Assembly (NCBI RefSeq): GCF_009914755.1
Contig: NC_060928.1
DNA: 64,000 nt
Origin: the human T2T-CHM13v2.0 reference genome, Homo sapiens
Reading direction: 5' to 3' (one strand)
In this document: piece by piece, positions 1 to 15,241 of the stretch
Layout of the letters: every line of letters begins with the position of its first letter
Numbering within the stretch: position 1 is the first letter of the stretch
Position numbers and translations under genes: made by a program
The notes under the pieces: model-generated
What the model was told of the DNA's origin: nothing
The model's input: only the letters and a program-made list of their open reading frames with translations
Database searches by the model: none

Positions 1-243
1 TCTATGAACTGCAGTTGGAAAAATTTCTTAGTGTAAGTTGATACAGGAATTTGAGTTTTTATATTTATAGAAATATAAACCGATCTATCACTTTATATCT
101 TTTGTATGATGGAGTTTGACTGTAACATTTCTTCAGACATGTCCTAGACAAGGTAATGGAAAGGAACAAGTAGGTTTTTTTTAATTAAATGGAACCCCAT
201 TCTAATACTTTGTTCTAATTTATTTTTTTCATGTGGCAAACAG

Positions 244-267
244 AACCTAGATCTACAGCTGAACCTG
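244..267 (+). CDS. PALLD: Palladin 24-nt internal microexon (probably exon 8), (K)PRSTAEP(E), phase 1/1
   Basis: Acceptor tttttttcatgtggcaaacag (241-243) and donor G|gtaaga (268). Translation joins the next exon to give the palladin string [18 protein letters not shown]. Confidence 0.9.
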
Positions 268-2011
268 GTAAGAATATTTTTAGGGTTTTTTTTTTTGGTG
301 GTGGGGGAGCAGATAATGTATCTTTTGGGTCTCAATAGTTCTTTCTTTCTACCTTAAAGCCGTAAGCAGAACAATGTTTTTGTGGCTCCCTGGAAATGTG
401 AAACCCCCTTAAAAACAATATCTTCTTTATCATGGAGTCTGTACACTGCATTTTACATCAACGTCTTTATTAGCAAAACATTAAGTTCCATTCAGACAAG
501 AAGGTCAAGCTCAGTGACTTCATGCTTTTTAAAATACAGTCTTTTAGGCTCAGAAAGCAAACTAAGCTGATGATGAAAAAACATCCTCCTAAAATTCCAG
601 TAGAGAAGGACAATCTACTGCCTATTTGTACTGATCAGAACCCACTAACAACCCCAGCTTAGAAATGTGTCTCAAATGAGAGCAGCTCAAAGAGGTAAGC
701 AAAATGGACCCCCAGGTGTTTCTCATTTGTGTGCCCTGAGCCATAAACTTTTACTATTCTGCAAGCATGAAGAAAGTCATCTTGCCCCCAGATCACTCTT
801 AATTATCAGGTCGTTTGACCAGATCACAGTGCTATGTGATCCAGGAGCCTCGGGCCTAGCTGTTCCCTGCCTCAGACATATTGCGTATTTATGGTTCCTC
901 GTGGAGTGAAATAGTGTTTGTAAAGGAAACAAATTTTTGTCTAGGTACTTCATCGTATGTCCTCCTCAAGACTATTTTCTTTTGTATTTTTCCCATCAGC
1001 AGGGTCACAATTTCACTTATTTCTGAACAAAGGGTAGAAAAACAAGTCATTTTCCTGTTTCTCCTGTTTGTTCCTCTGCTTCAGTGTCAAGCAGATCTTG
1101 CCACATGTGTCTTAGGAGCCATGACCTTGCTCTGACTCTTCTTGGGGGAACTGGAAAGTCCTCTGTGGGCCACTGCAGGTCAGATTACTGCAGTCAGTCC
1201 CTGAACTTCTCACATCTGTGTACTGGATCTTTAAAAGCAGAGTTTGACCCTATTAGGATCCAACGTTTAAGGGAGGCTGAGTAGCATCCTTAGGGAACAA
1301 CTGGAATTGATCTGCTGCCCTCCTGTCATGAATTATAAGCAGAGCAAGTCCCCCCACTTAATGTGTCAGTCATCACATCAAATACTGTAGTCACTTTCCA
1401 GACTGTGGAAATATACAACTGCATATTTTGTCTGTGAAATGTCATTGAATAAAATTGCATAATGCTACTTTTCTAATACATGGATTTTCTGAGATTAAAT
1501 CTGCTGCATGAGCTAATATGGGAATCCTGTAGGGAGTTAGGGCACATCTTGTGCATTTGCTATTTTAAACAACTTTAGATAGGTAGATATAAAAGTAGGA
1601 ACCAAATATCTTTTATCTACAAGAAATAGCTTTTTATGTGAAACAAACCTATAAAGCAATTTATGTCTTTTAATGCTTTGTGTATAAATAAGGCTAAAAT
1701 TTTGAGCCAAAAATTGTAAAAATGTTACTGCTAGCATGAAATAAGGCAGCTTTTGACATTGCGTTTTGGATTCGGAGTGAACTCCTGCAACTCTCTTTTC
1801 ATCGTGTTGTTATACGTTGTCATCATGCACATAGGTGATGATGATTTATCAAATGTAGGTTGGAAAATCACAAACAGTCATCTGCAAAGTCAAAACATTA
1901 GTTAGAAACTGCACAGCTTAGTTTTCAGTATGTGTATATTTGAAAAGGGAAAACACTCAGAATATGCTAGCTAAGGAAGAATAAATTTGGATGAGGAGGG
2001 AGGAAGGAAAC

Positions 2012-2301
2012 ATCTCCCCCGCACCCTGCGTCTTCATCACTTATCCTACATACACTCCTTCTGTTTCAGATCTCCCCCGCGCCCTGCATCTTCATCACTT
2101 ACCCTACATACACTCCTTCTGTTTCACATCTACCCTGCGCCCTGCGTCTTCATCACTTATCCTACATACACTCCTTCTGTTTCAGATCTCCCCTGCGCCC
2201 TGCATCTTCATCACTTACCCTACATACACTCCTTCTGTTTCACATCTACCCTGCGCCCTGTGTCCTTATCACTTACCCTATATACACTCCTTCTGTTTCA
2301 G
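2012..2301. repeat. Minisatellite, 5 x 58 bp
   Basis: Units start at 2012, 2070, 2128, 2186 and 2244 (atctcccccgcaccctgcgtcttcatcacttatcctacatacactccttctgtttcag). Confidence 0.95.
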
Positions 2302-3349
2302 TTAGTTTGTTGCTTTGCTTCTAAACTATAGTTTTGATTGTGAATTATTTAATAAAATTAGTCCTAAACAGCTTCATGGAATCACCTGACCTCTAGAACG
2401 TACTTAAATGCCATTTGCTTTAATGTAGCAAAATCATGCAGAAAAGAGCAAGATATGGAAGGCCTTCCTTTTAAATCCCTTGTCCTAGCAATGCAGAAAA
2501 ATGTTTCCTCTTTGTGTTCACTGAATTTTCTTATTTACATAGTTAGATCTGAAAGCGTTTAAGAAAACAGATTCCTTCATTCCAACTACAATAATAGCAT
2601 TTTCTGAAAAATTTCTCCTGGCAGAGAAATATTTCTAGCAAATCTGTCAATACACCAAAAAATATTATATAGTCAGGAGCTATTAAAAACTAACACAATG
2701 AGTTTTCCTGACCTACGATGATTTCTCCACAATTGTTTTTACCATGACACGACGAGACTTTCTTCTTTCCCTTTTACAGCGTTAAAATGCTGTGCTTCAG
2801 GAAATCAGCCGTTGGCATGCAGCATTAAATAAAATCCATGATCATGTTTTTTAAACAAAAAAAACCCTTAAACACATGAATGACCACGCAAGTGACTAAT
2901 TATATGAGTTGTTGTGAGTAAGAACTTCAGAACAAGCAAATGTTACAGTGTATTTGTGCTTAAACAATGTTTTGTCATGCCTGTCAAAACTAGGTATGAT
3001 TCTTTTACTAGTTGCCAAGTGTTTTCCTTACATTGACCTTGAAGTTGCTATGTCAGAGGAAAAAACAAAAAATAAATATGACTGTTTACCTTCTTTAAAT
3101 GACCTGATTGACTGTTATATCTAATGGACCTCTGAGCTATTAAACTATATAGAAGTATGTAGGAACCGGCTTCCCTAAAAACTGTTTTCTTAGCCATTGT
3201 TAAGTGGAAGGAAGAAAAACAGACGTGACTACAATACATCTGAGGCAAGAGATAAATTTTATAGGACTAGGTCAGTGATATTTTCCAAATGCTAAAACAT
3301 AAATAGCCTTTGAAATTCAGGAAAACATTTAAGCATTCTGTTTTTATTA

Positions 3350-3546
3350 CTGTCTCTTCCTACCCTCTTCCTTTCCTCTGAGAGAGTCACTCTTGCTCGC
3401 TCTCTCCCCCTCCTCTCTGTCTCTTTCTCTCCCCTCACCTCCTTCATTCCCTGCCTCTCTTCCTCTTTCTCCATCTCACTCCCTCATTCTTTTTATTTAT
3501 TTTTTCTTTACTCTTCTCTTTACTCTCTTCTCTTTACTCTCTTCCT
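3350..3546. repeat. CT-rich low-complexity tract
   Basis: Pyrimidine-rich run including a short (ttctctttactctc)n repeat. Confidence 0.8.
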
Positions 3547-4354
3547 TATTCATGGGCAAGATGTTTTAAAGCTCCAGAAATAAAGTTGAAATTCCCTAGT
3601 ACCTAGATATAGCCCCATTAGGAATTAGATATTTAGATAAAGAAGGAAATAGCAGGTTGTCTCCAAATGGATCTGTGCAACTGAAACAGGTTTTTCTTGT
3701 CACTGCTGCGTCGTATCTGTCTGATGTGTTTTACACTCCCCTCTCTGTCTAGACAGAAGTCAGCTTGCATCACAAATCTTTTCAGACTGTTTTGTGAATT
3801 AATAGCTAGTCAGCTTACTTAAGACCAACATCCGTTTGTCATAGTACCTTCTCTGGCCTTCTTTGAAATTCTGACTTTGTACTGATAGACTCCTTCAAAG
3901 ACTAGTCTGGGGGTGGGGGACACAGAAGACTCATTTGACAGCTGTTAATACTCAGTCTCTTACTCACTCAGCTGTCTGGAAACAGCCACAAACTGTGTTG
4001 AGTTACTTCTATAGCACTGTCTAATAGCGTGCAAAATTAAAAACACAAAAACGCGTCTTACTGGTTGTGGAATTATACATATAAAAGTATATTGCCTCCT
4101 GCTTTCAATTTTAATTTCTGCTCACCAGTGTGACCCATGCTAGATCTTGTACGGTAGAGTCTAGGCTTTGATTCTCTGATTCAAAATATAAAGTAAGTTA
4201 CACTTAGTTAAATGTACTAAGGTGCTGTTGTAGGAGGGCAATGATAGGGATGTTTCTTGAGATCCCAGTAGATTGTATGCAGTAAAAACTTAATGCATGT
4301 TCTAGGTTAGGACGGTGGGTTGAACAAAAGTAGGCCATATGAAACTTATAGTTC

Positions 4355-4900
4355 ACCAAGAGTGTGACAGGATGCCCTGGGGTGCCACACCACGCTGACA
4401 GGGATGCTGTAATATATTTGAAATTTTTTTATGCAAACACATTCAAACTTGACATTTGACAGATATGACACAATGACTGGCTTGAACTAGTTCAGAATTT
4501 CAACATTAGATCACCCTCCATTCTTTTCTATGACATAATCTCTTTGTGAAACTGAGTTTTTGATGAGTGTGTGATAAAAAGTAAGTACCTCATGAAAATC
4601 CATGTAAAACATGAAATGAGGCTGGCTCATCCAATCTGATTCCAAGAGAGGTGGTACAGTGCCCAGCAGATGCACACAGCCATTAGTAAGAAATAGTGGT
4701 TATTTAAGAATAAAATAATAGTATTTTTCTTTCAATTTATATGTATTTTTAAACACTAAATTGTTTAGGCATAAACACTTATTAAGTTCTTTGGAAATAA
4801 CTACATAACAAACATAACTATTAGTTATGTCTTTTGGCTTAGGAGCACCATTTAAAAAGTATTGAGAAACTTAGAGTCCCATGAACCAAGAAAGTTTGTT
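4355..4900 (+). mobile_element. hAT-Charlie DNA transposon relic
   Basis: Degenerate hAT transposase C-terminal coding relic (tgtgaaactgagttt...ataaaaagtaagtac...gaaatgagg...tccaatctgattccaag). Confidence 0.55.
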
Positions 4901-4913
4901 TTACTCTCTAGAG

Positions 4914-5124
4914 GAGGAGTGTCCAATCTTTTGAATTCCCTGGGCCACACTGGAAGAAGAATTACCTGGGGTCACATATAAAATACACTAACACTAATCA
5001 TAGCTTTTGAGCTTAAAAAAAAAATCTCATAATGTTTTAGGAAAGTTTATGAATTTATGTTGGGCCACATTCAAAGCTGTCCTGGGCCACATGTGGCTCA
5101 GAGGCCACGGGTTGGACAAGCTTG
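4914..5124 (+). mobile_element. MER30 (hAT-Charlie MITE)
   Basis: Matches MER30 from gtgtccaatctttt to gttggacaagcttg. Perfect 8-bp TSD ctctagag at 4906-4913 and 5125-5132. Confidence 0.9.
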
Positions 5125-5229
5125 CTCTAGAGGGAGAGGGGGAAGACTCAAGACACATTTGAGTACACAGCAAAAAGAAAATTGAGTGGGTTTTGAAATT
5201 CTTAATGCCAAATGTGCCTATTTCCAGTC

Positions 5230-6400
5230 CTCTTCCAGGACTCACATTCCAGCCTGCTGGCCTATGAACTTTACCTCTCTCAGCAGAGACTGAAGGACTC
5301 TTCTCTGGGCAATTTAAACATCCCGAGAGAAAAAATAAATCCAAAGATAATGATTTGGGAGTTTCTCTTATAAAGATGCCACTTAGATTGTGCTATAGGG
5401 AAGGCCAAAGTGGATAAGTTCCTCTCTTATACTCAGAGCTTAATAAACTCCCATCCCTGTCAGACAAGCAGAGAGAAAAGGCATCTGGAGAAAACCTCTA
5501 GCATGAATGATATAGAAAAAAACAAGTGACCTTCCTAAAAGGGAACTTTGAGAAAATGGGTTTGCAAAGAGAGGAAAATGTAAAACAAAAACAAACAAAC
5601 AAAATCTCTCTTAAAGGATCCAAGGAAATCATTCCACCCAAGAAATAAAAATGAAAAGCTAGAAAAAAAAAAGAGAGGGGAGGACACTTGTAAAACAGAG
5701 TTCTTGAAATGAAAAGTTCATAGCAGAAATAAAACGAGCAGATGTCCCACAAAGTACAGCAAAATGACGAAGAAGGGATGTAAGAGAGAAAAGGCAACAA
5801 AGTTAGAGATGCATAGCTGAATAACTGGGATTCCAGAAGGAGAGAAGAAAGAAGCGGCGAGAGACAGGATTATCAATGAAATAATTTTTTTAAAGTTCCC
5901 CAAACTGAAAGTTATCAATTGCCAGATGGAAAAATCCACTGATTGCACAACATATGGAATAAACCCAGACCCAGGCACGTCATCATGAAATTCAGAATTT
6001 CCAGGACAAGGAGATCATGTTATAAGTGTCCTGGGAGAAAACATCAGGTTATATATACAAACTAGCAAGATGCAAATAGCTTAGGCCTTCTCAGCAGTCA
6101 CACTAGACACAACGAGACAATGAAGCAAGAACTTCAAAATTGTGAAAAAAGTTACCTACAACTTGGAATTCTGCCCCTAGGCAAAACTTCACATGGAAAT
6201 CTAGCAAAGATATTTTCAGACTTGTAAGATCCCCCAAATTTTCCTCTGGAACCCGACAGTGTGCTCCACCACAGCAAGAGAATTAATCCAGAAAGGACAA
6301 GATGTAGAGGTGGGGTACAGGAAGCAGGAGATCACATAGAAGCAAGAGGCAAAGGGCATCCCCAGGAGGGTGACAGCTGTGCATCAGGAATGAAGGGCAA
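5230..6400 (+). mobile_element. Ancient HAL1/L1M 5' and ORF1 fragment
   Basis: A-rich L1 ORF1-like sequence (acccaggcacgtcatcatgaaattcagaat...ccttctcagcagtcacactaga). Confidence 0.55.
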
Positions 6401-6676
6401 GTTCAGATTGAAGCCTCGTGTCTCGAGGGACAAATGCAATGAGGCTTTCATCATTAGGAGGTTCATTGCCTCTGGTCCAGCCCGTCTTTTATTTGGATGA
6501 CAGAATGGCAGGGCGGTAAGCCTGACCCAGAAATCTCATGTCTACTTGGGCTGTCCTGCTCTCCCCTCCATGGACTGTCACCTGGATCAGCTGGGAACAC
6601 TCATCTTACCCCCACAGAAGCGTTCTGCTTTGGTCAGTCCTGACATCTAGAAGTCGGCCATGTTGAGTTTAATTAA

Positions 6677-6806
6677 CCCATCTATGCCTGAGGTTGCAAT
6701 TTTTTGAATTTTTGCAATCAGACCTTGACGATGACCTTGAGCAGTAGGATATAAGTAACTCCCAAATGCTTAGCATTCCAATAATGGAACACTAGGCATA
6801 AATGGG
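6677..6806 (-). mobile_element. MER85 piggyBac (PGBD3-derived) MITE
   Basis: 13-bp TIRs cccatctatgcct / aggcataaatggg, flanked by ttaa and taaa. Internal sequence matches MER85. Confidence 0.92.
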
Positions 6807-6819
6807 TAAAAAGCAGAAA

Positions 6820-7515
6820 ATACCAGCAATCTCATTGCTGGATATATACCCAAAAGAAAGGAAGTCAGTATATCAAATAGATATCTGCACTCCCATGTTT
6901 GTTGCAGCACTATTCACAATAGTTAAGATTTGGAAGCAACCTAAGTATCCATCAACAGATGCATGGCTAAAGGAAATGTGGTACATATACTCGATGGAGT
7001 ACTATTCAGCCATAAGAAGGAATGAGATCCTATCATTTGCAACAACATGGATGGAACTGGAGCTCATTATGTTAAGTGAAATAAGGCAGACACAGAAAGA
7101 CAAACATCACATGTTCTTACTTATTTGTGTGATCTAAAAATCGAAACAGTAGAAGGATGGCTACCAGAGGCTGGGAGGGGTATTGAGAGGCTGTGGGGGG
7201 AGATGCAGATGGTTAATTGGTACAAAAATATAGTTAGAAAGAAAGAATAAGACCTAGTATTTGATAGCACAACAGGGTGACTGTAGTCAATAAGAAATTA
7301 ATTGTACATTTTAAAATAACTATAAGAGTGTAATTGGATTGTTTAATTGGAGTATAATTGGATTGAATAACTAAAAGAATAAATATTATAGGGGACAGAT
7401 ACCCTGTTCTCCATGATGTGATTATTTCACACTGCATGCCCTTATCAAAACATGTCATGTACCCAGTAAATATATATACTTCCTATGTAACCACAATTTT
7501 TTTTAATTTAAAGAA
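6820..7515 (+). mobile_element. L1MA-type 3' end (end of ORF2 plus 3'UTR)
   Basis: ORF 6802-7137 resembles the L1 ORF2 C-terminus (CTPMFVAALFTI...MEYYSAI). Confidence 0.9.
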
Positions 7516-8042
7516 ACAAAATATGGAGATACCATCTCCAGCAACAACTATATTCCTGCTGGATGCCCACATGAGGCCCCACCAGACTGCTCCACCGAGT
7601 GAGCCTTATATTTCCCAGATTCACTCAAGACCTTACCCACTGAGTGCCCCGTGGGGCTTTTGGAAACTTTCAAGGACGTTGAATCTAGTTGATGGCCCAA
7701 GATGGTTCTTGGGATCTTTTTCCTAACAGTGACAAGGTTACTTTTTCTTTAGTCAGCCAAGATTTGTGCTCACTACTTAATTTTTTTAAACTAAAGAATG
7801 CATTTTTTAAGGATACATACATATATGGTAAACACATAAAGAAAATCGAAGGAATTATTATCTCAAAGGAGAAGGAAAATTAAATTGGGGAGAGCCTATG
7901 AGGTATTTCTAAAGCACTGGGAATGTTTTATTTCATAGACTTGAGGATAGATACACAGGGGTTCATTTCACTGTTATTCGTTAAATGGTACATTTTAAAT
8001 ATCCTTCTTTATATATGATATTAAATACAATTGACAATTTAA

Positions 8043-8540
<498 letters not shown>

Positions 8541-8993
8541 TGAAAATGTCCCCTTATTACCCAGGGAACCCAGTAATCTTATCCTTGCTGCCTCATCATT
8601 TTATGAGTTTCCACAAACAAAATGGTTTTTATTTGTATTTAACCAAGTGTTAAGTAGGTCCAGGAACTTGAATGCAATTCAAGGTTGCCTTCTGGGAGAT
8701 ATTGCTGTGATTTTGTAATTTTTAGGTAACTATAAAGAACAGAATTTATCACCAGTAAAAACAGTTTCTGATTTAGTAATTTATTAAATGCCCTCAAATC
8801 AAAACCTTAGGAAATCCAAACATGGGAAAATTAGATTAAAATGCATCATAATTAAGGTTATTAATAACTTTAAATTTTTCCATTTATACTGGAGACAGTT
8901 TCTTTAGTACAGATAAGTAAGTCTCTAAATCCCTTTATGTGACATAAGCAGTCATTTTCTGATTTCCATTCCTTACCAAAATTTATTTTACAG

Positions 8994-9094
8994 ATGTCTT
9001 ATACGTCTTTGTTCGAGTGAGATGCCACCAGATGAAAATTCAGTATTACAACCTGGCTCATCTCATTTCCTCATGGCTTTCTTCATTTTTATAA
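8994..9094 (+). CDS. PALLD: Candidate alternative terminal exon of PALLD (33 aa then stop)
   Basis: Acceptor ttccttaccaaaatttattttacag. In the microexon phase it reads DVLYVFVRVRCHQMKIQYYNLAHLISSWLSSFL-TAA. Three TGCATG motifs follow. Confidence 0.5.
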
Positions 9095-9698
9095 TGTCAG
9101 AACCATACAAGCTATGATGCTTCTTTCTCTCAACAAAATGTGAGCCTCTTGTCACTGTTGGATGAACTTTTCTTTGAGAAGAAAAGCTGAGGAACCTGTG
9201 GGACATTGTATTCAAATTTTATCTAGTTAAAAAAAAATTATCTAGCAAAAATTGCTGTGACATTTCAATGCATGAGGATCACTAAAAGAACATCCTAGTG
9301 TTTATTTTTTATTTTTCTATTTTTGTTCTTTAATTCTGTAATTTTTCTAAATGTTCCACGTGAACTATATACAGGCATATACCTTATTTATGCATGGAAG
9401 TATTCCTATAAAATCATACACAATGAATTCTGCTCAATCAACTTTGAAACACACAAAGGAAGCTTGTAGGAAAATTGGTCTTACTGAGAATTCCTTTAGA
9501 AAATAGTCTTTTTACAAAGCAAGTGTTTTTTTCCTTCATCTAAATTTCATGCATGCATTTATTTAAACATAATTATAGGGAGCCTACCATGTGTGAGATG
9601 CTAAGAATATGGCCATGAACAAAAATTGTTTCTGCACTCAGAGGTTATATTTCAGCGAACCAGAAACTAACAAACTAATTACACAATAAATTATTTAG

Positions 9699-9866
9699 CA
9701 GGGTGAGGTGGCACATAGTCCCAGCTACCCAGGAGGCTGAGGCAGGAGGATTGCTTGAGCCCAGGAGTTCAAGGCTGCAGTGAGCTATGATCATGCCACT
9801 TCACTCCAGCCTGGGCAACAGTGAAACCCCTGTTTCTAAAAAAAAGATTTTAAAAATAAAATAAAA
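9699..9866 (+). mobile_element. Alu monomer (FRAM/FAM-like) within an L2 relic
   Basis: gtcccagctac...ccagcctgggcaaca followed by an A-rich tail. Confidence 0.8.
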
Positions 9867-11159
9867 CAAAATTGCACCAGCTTTATTTGATTTTGTGATT
9901 GTCTTCTACTGTCTGTTAAAATCTCCCACTAGAGGCCTGGGCAACAGAGCAAGACCCTACCTTTATGAGTCAATAGATAGATAGATATTATTTAATTACA
10001 GTTGTGATGATATTATTTGTGATAGATATTATTTCATTACAGTTGTGATGTCTCCAAAAAAGTTTACCATCCTAAAATTGCTTTAAGGTGGTCAAACTGA
10101 TTAAGTTTAATAAAAAAAGGGATTCTCTGAGAAAGTAATGTTTGTGGGGAAACATAAGACTGAGTAGGAGAGTGCCAAGTACTCCAGGAGGAGCCAGGGC
10201 TTAGAAACTTACCAGAGCGTGGCTTCACAAGGAGCTGCCCCAGAGCCCATGTGCCCAGTGCTCAGAAGGCAATGATGTGCGAGGCACAGAAGGAGCCTGA
10301 CAAGAAGCAGGGACCTAATTATGCAGGGCTTCAGAGACCATGTTAAAATTTTTTATTTTATCCTCAAAGTCATGGAAGGATGGGAGGATGATAAAATTTC
10401 GTTCTTATTAAGAGAGCCCTCTGATTTAGAAGGGGCAACTGTATATTCATCCTCAGGTTTTCTGAAAAATGGCATGACTAAAAGAACCACAAAGTCGTAG
10501 AAGCATCAGAAGGAATTCTTTACAAGTCATCAAGATCATCGATCTAAAACCACTTTATATTATCCCTACTGAATAAAATTGTATCCTGTTTTTAAATGTA
10601 GGTTTCAAGGCACAGAATTATGTCTATGTTTATAGTTGAAGCATCCTCAGGCATTGAACTGGCAAGGACATTTCTCTCAGTGTTCCCAGAACCTCTGTCT
10701 TTCCAGGTGTAGATGATTCAAGGTTGAGAGAAGTGCTTCCCAGAGAGCACTAAGCCCTGGGAAGATAGTCCAGGGACGTAAGCCCTGGTTGTCTAGGCAG
10801 GAAGTGCCCAGGTGTTACTGAAAGCTGAGAAGCCTTCACCACTCACAGCAGCATCTGCGAAGGGAGAAGGAAAGTGACTTAGCACTGCCTGAAGCCCACT
10901 ACTCCAAACCTCGTAAGAAGGGGCTGTTAAGCATGTCCACATTACAAGCTTATATCCTGTTCCAATGTGTCTTATACCTCAGAGGACATATTGCCCTCCC
11001 CTTGTGCAGATGAATAATTCTCATGAATCATTTGGATAATGAGAATAATTAGTTTTTTCAGCATCGGGAAACTCCATTTCCTGACTTAAATCTTTCATTA
11101 CCTTACTTTATGTAAGATTTCTTGTGTCCTGAACTAGGAAAAATGCAGAACTAGAGAGG

Positions 11160-11590
<431 letters not shown>

Positions 11591-11842
11591 CTAGCATTAA
11601 TTAGCCAGGACCCTGAGAGAATCACTTTGAACACCCAGGATTCATTGATATTGAGCCTGAAGAAATGAGGGATTTGACCTAATCAATCTCTTACAGTACT
11701 GATCTTGTATGTCCCCTTCTATGGCTAACCACACTTTTAACTCATTCTGTAACCATATGCATTCAATTTAAAATTTCCCAATCCCTTGTAACTTTCCAGA
11801 GACATCTCACTTTCCAAATGATTAATCTTTTTTTTAACTTTG

Positions 11843-13305
<1,463 letters not shown>

Positions 13306-13364
13306 TAATTATTTAAAAGATAGAGAACCATATACCTGTTTGTACCTTAAAAAATTTGTATGTT

Positions 13365-13660
<296 letters not shown>

Positions 13661-14601
13661 TGTGTATGTTGTATTTGTATTACCTATTCAAAAAAATAAA
13701 AATTTTTAAATGGTAGAGATAAATCTTAAGAATAAAGAAAAAGAAGACAATTCAGGAAACTACATTTGGTTCTGTTTTTACAGACTCAATAGGAGGGGTT
13801 GCAAAGCTATCAAGACAAGTGGGAGAAAAAGACCAAAAAGATCCTGTCTTTGTGATTATAGGATCATTATAGTAGATCAAATATTTGGTCAATTTTTTAA
13901 AATACTGCATAATGAACTAGAATTTTAATTTCAGAAGTTTGAAATAAACTTTTAATTTTTAATTGCCTAAAAATTTTAATTCTATATTATATTTCCTACT
14001 TACATCTTATATTTCAAAAAATTTTTGCCAAAGAAAGTTTCTGGCAAACATTTTTGCTTGCAGGTGACTTAACTGCGTTTTTAAGACAGCACAATTTTGA
14101 AGGAAAGAGAGAAGGAGGGCTTAAAAAACTATACCATTGTCATGTGGGCATTAAGAGTGTAAGCTTTTGGAGTTGGAATAGACCTGATGATTTTCTCATT
14201 CAAGTTTAATTCATGTAAAAGATGTGTCTCAACCCCTTGATAAGATTACAGGAAACTCAAAGGCAGGAACCATTAATTATCTCCATATCTGCAGCTATAA
14301 AATATTAAGACAGTGTACTCTTAAAAATGCTTAACAAGTGGGTAGATGACTATAAAAGCTTCTAGGAGCTGTTCATGGATGGAGATTCCAGACTTTATCT
14401 CAAAAAATTTTCTCGACATCTTAAAACCTTTCCTTAACAAGTCTTTCCATTCATTTAACCCACCTTCTGCTCTCTTGCTGCAATTAGGAACCGTTTGTTC
14501 TTATTGTTCTTCAAGAAAGATGTAGAATGTTTGAGCAACTTCTTCCTGATTTTAATGTCTTTGCATTTATGATACCCATCACAGTGTTTTACTTAAATTA
14601 G

Positions 14602-14917
<316 letters not shown>

Positions 14918-14972
14918 TAAATTACCATAAATGGATGAATACTTAATATAGATTTCATTGCCCTTTACTTTT

Positions 14973-15241
14973 TTTATTATGGTTAAAGAAACATATAACA
15001 TGAAATCTACCTTCTTAAATTTTTAAGTATACACTACAGTATTGTTAACTGTATGCTTAATGTTGTGCAGCAGATGTCTAGAACGTTTTCATCTTGCATG
15101 AGTGAAACTATGCCCACTGAACAGCAACTGCCATTCCTCCTTGCCCCCAATGCTTGGCAGCCAGCATTCGACCTTCTGCTTCTAAGAGTATGACTAGTTT
15201 AGATACCTCTTAAGTGGAATTTTGCAGTATTTCTCCTACTG
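14973..15241 (-). mobile_element. L1MA/L1MB 3' end fragment
   Basis: Old L1 3'UTR-like sequence bounded by exact TSD tcattgccctttactttt (14955-14972, 15242-15259). Confidence 0.8.

Noticed and set aside
1987-2331. Overlapping 114-aa and 104-aa ORFs with repeated peptides
   Set aside because: Translations of the 58-bp minisatellite; no coding-exon context.
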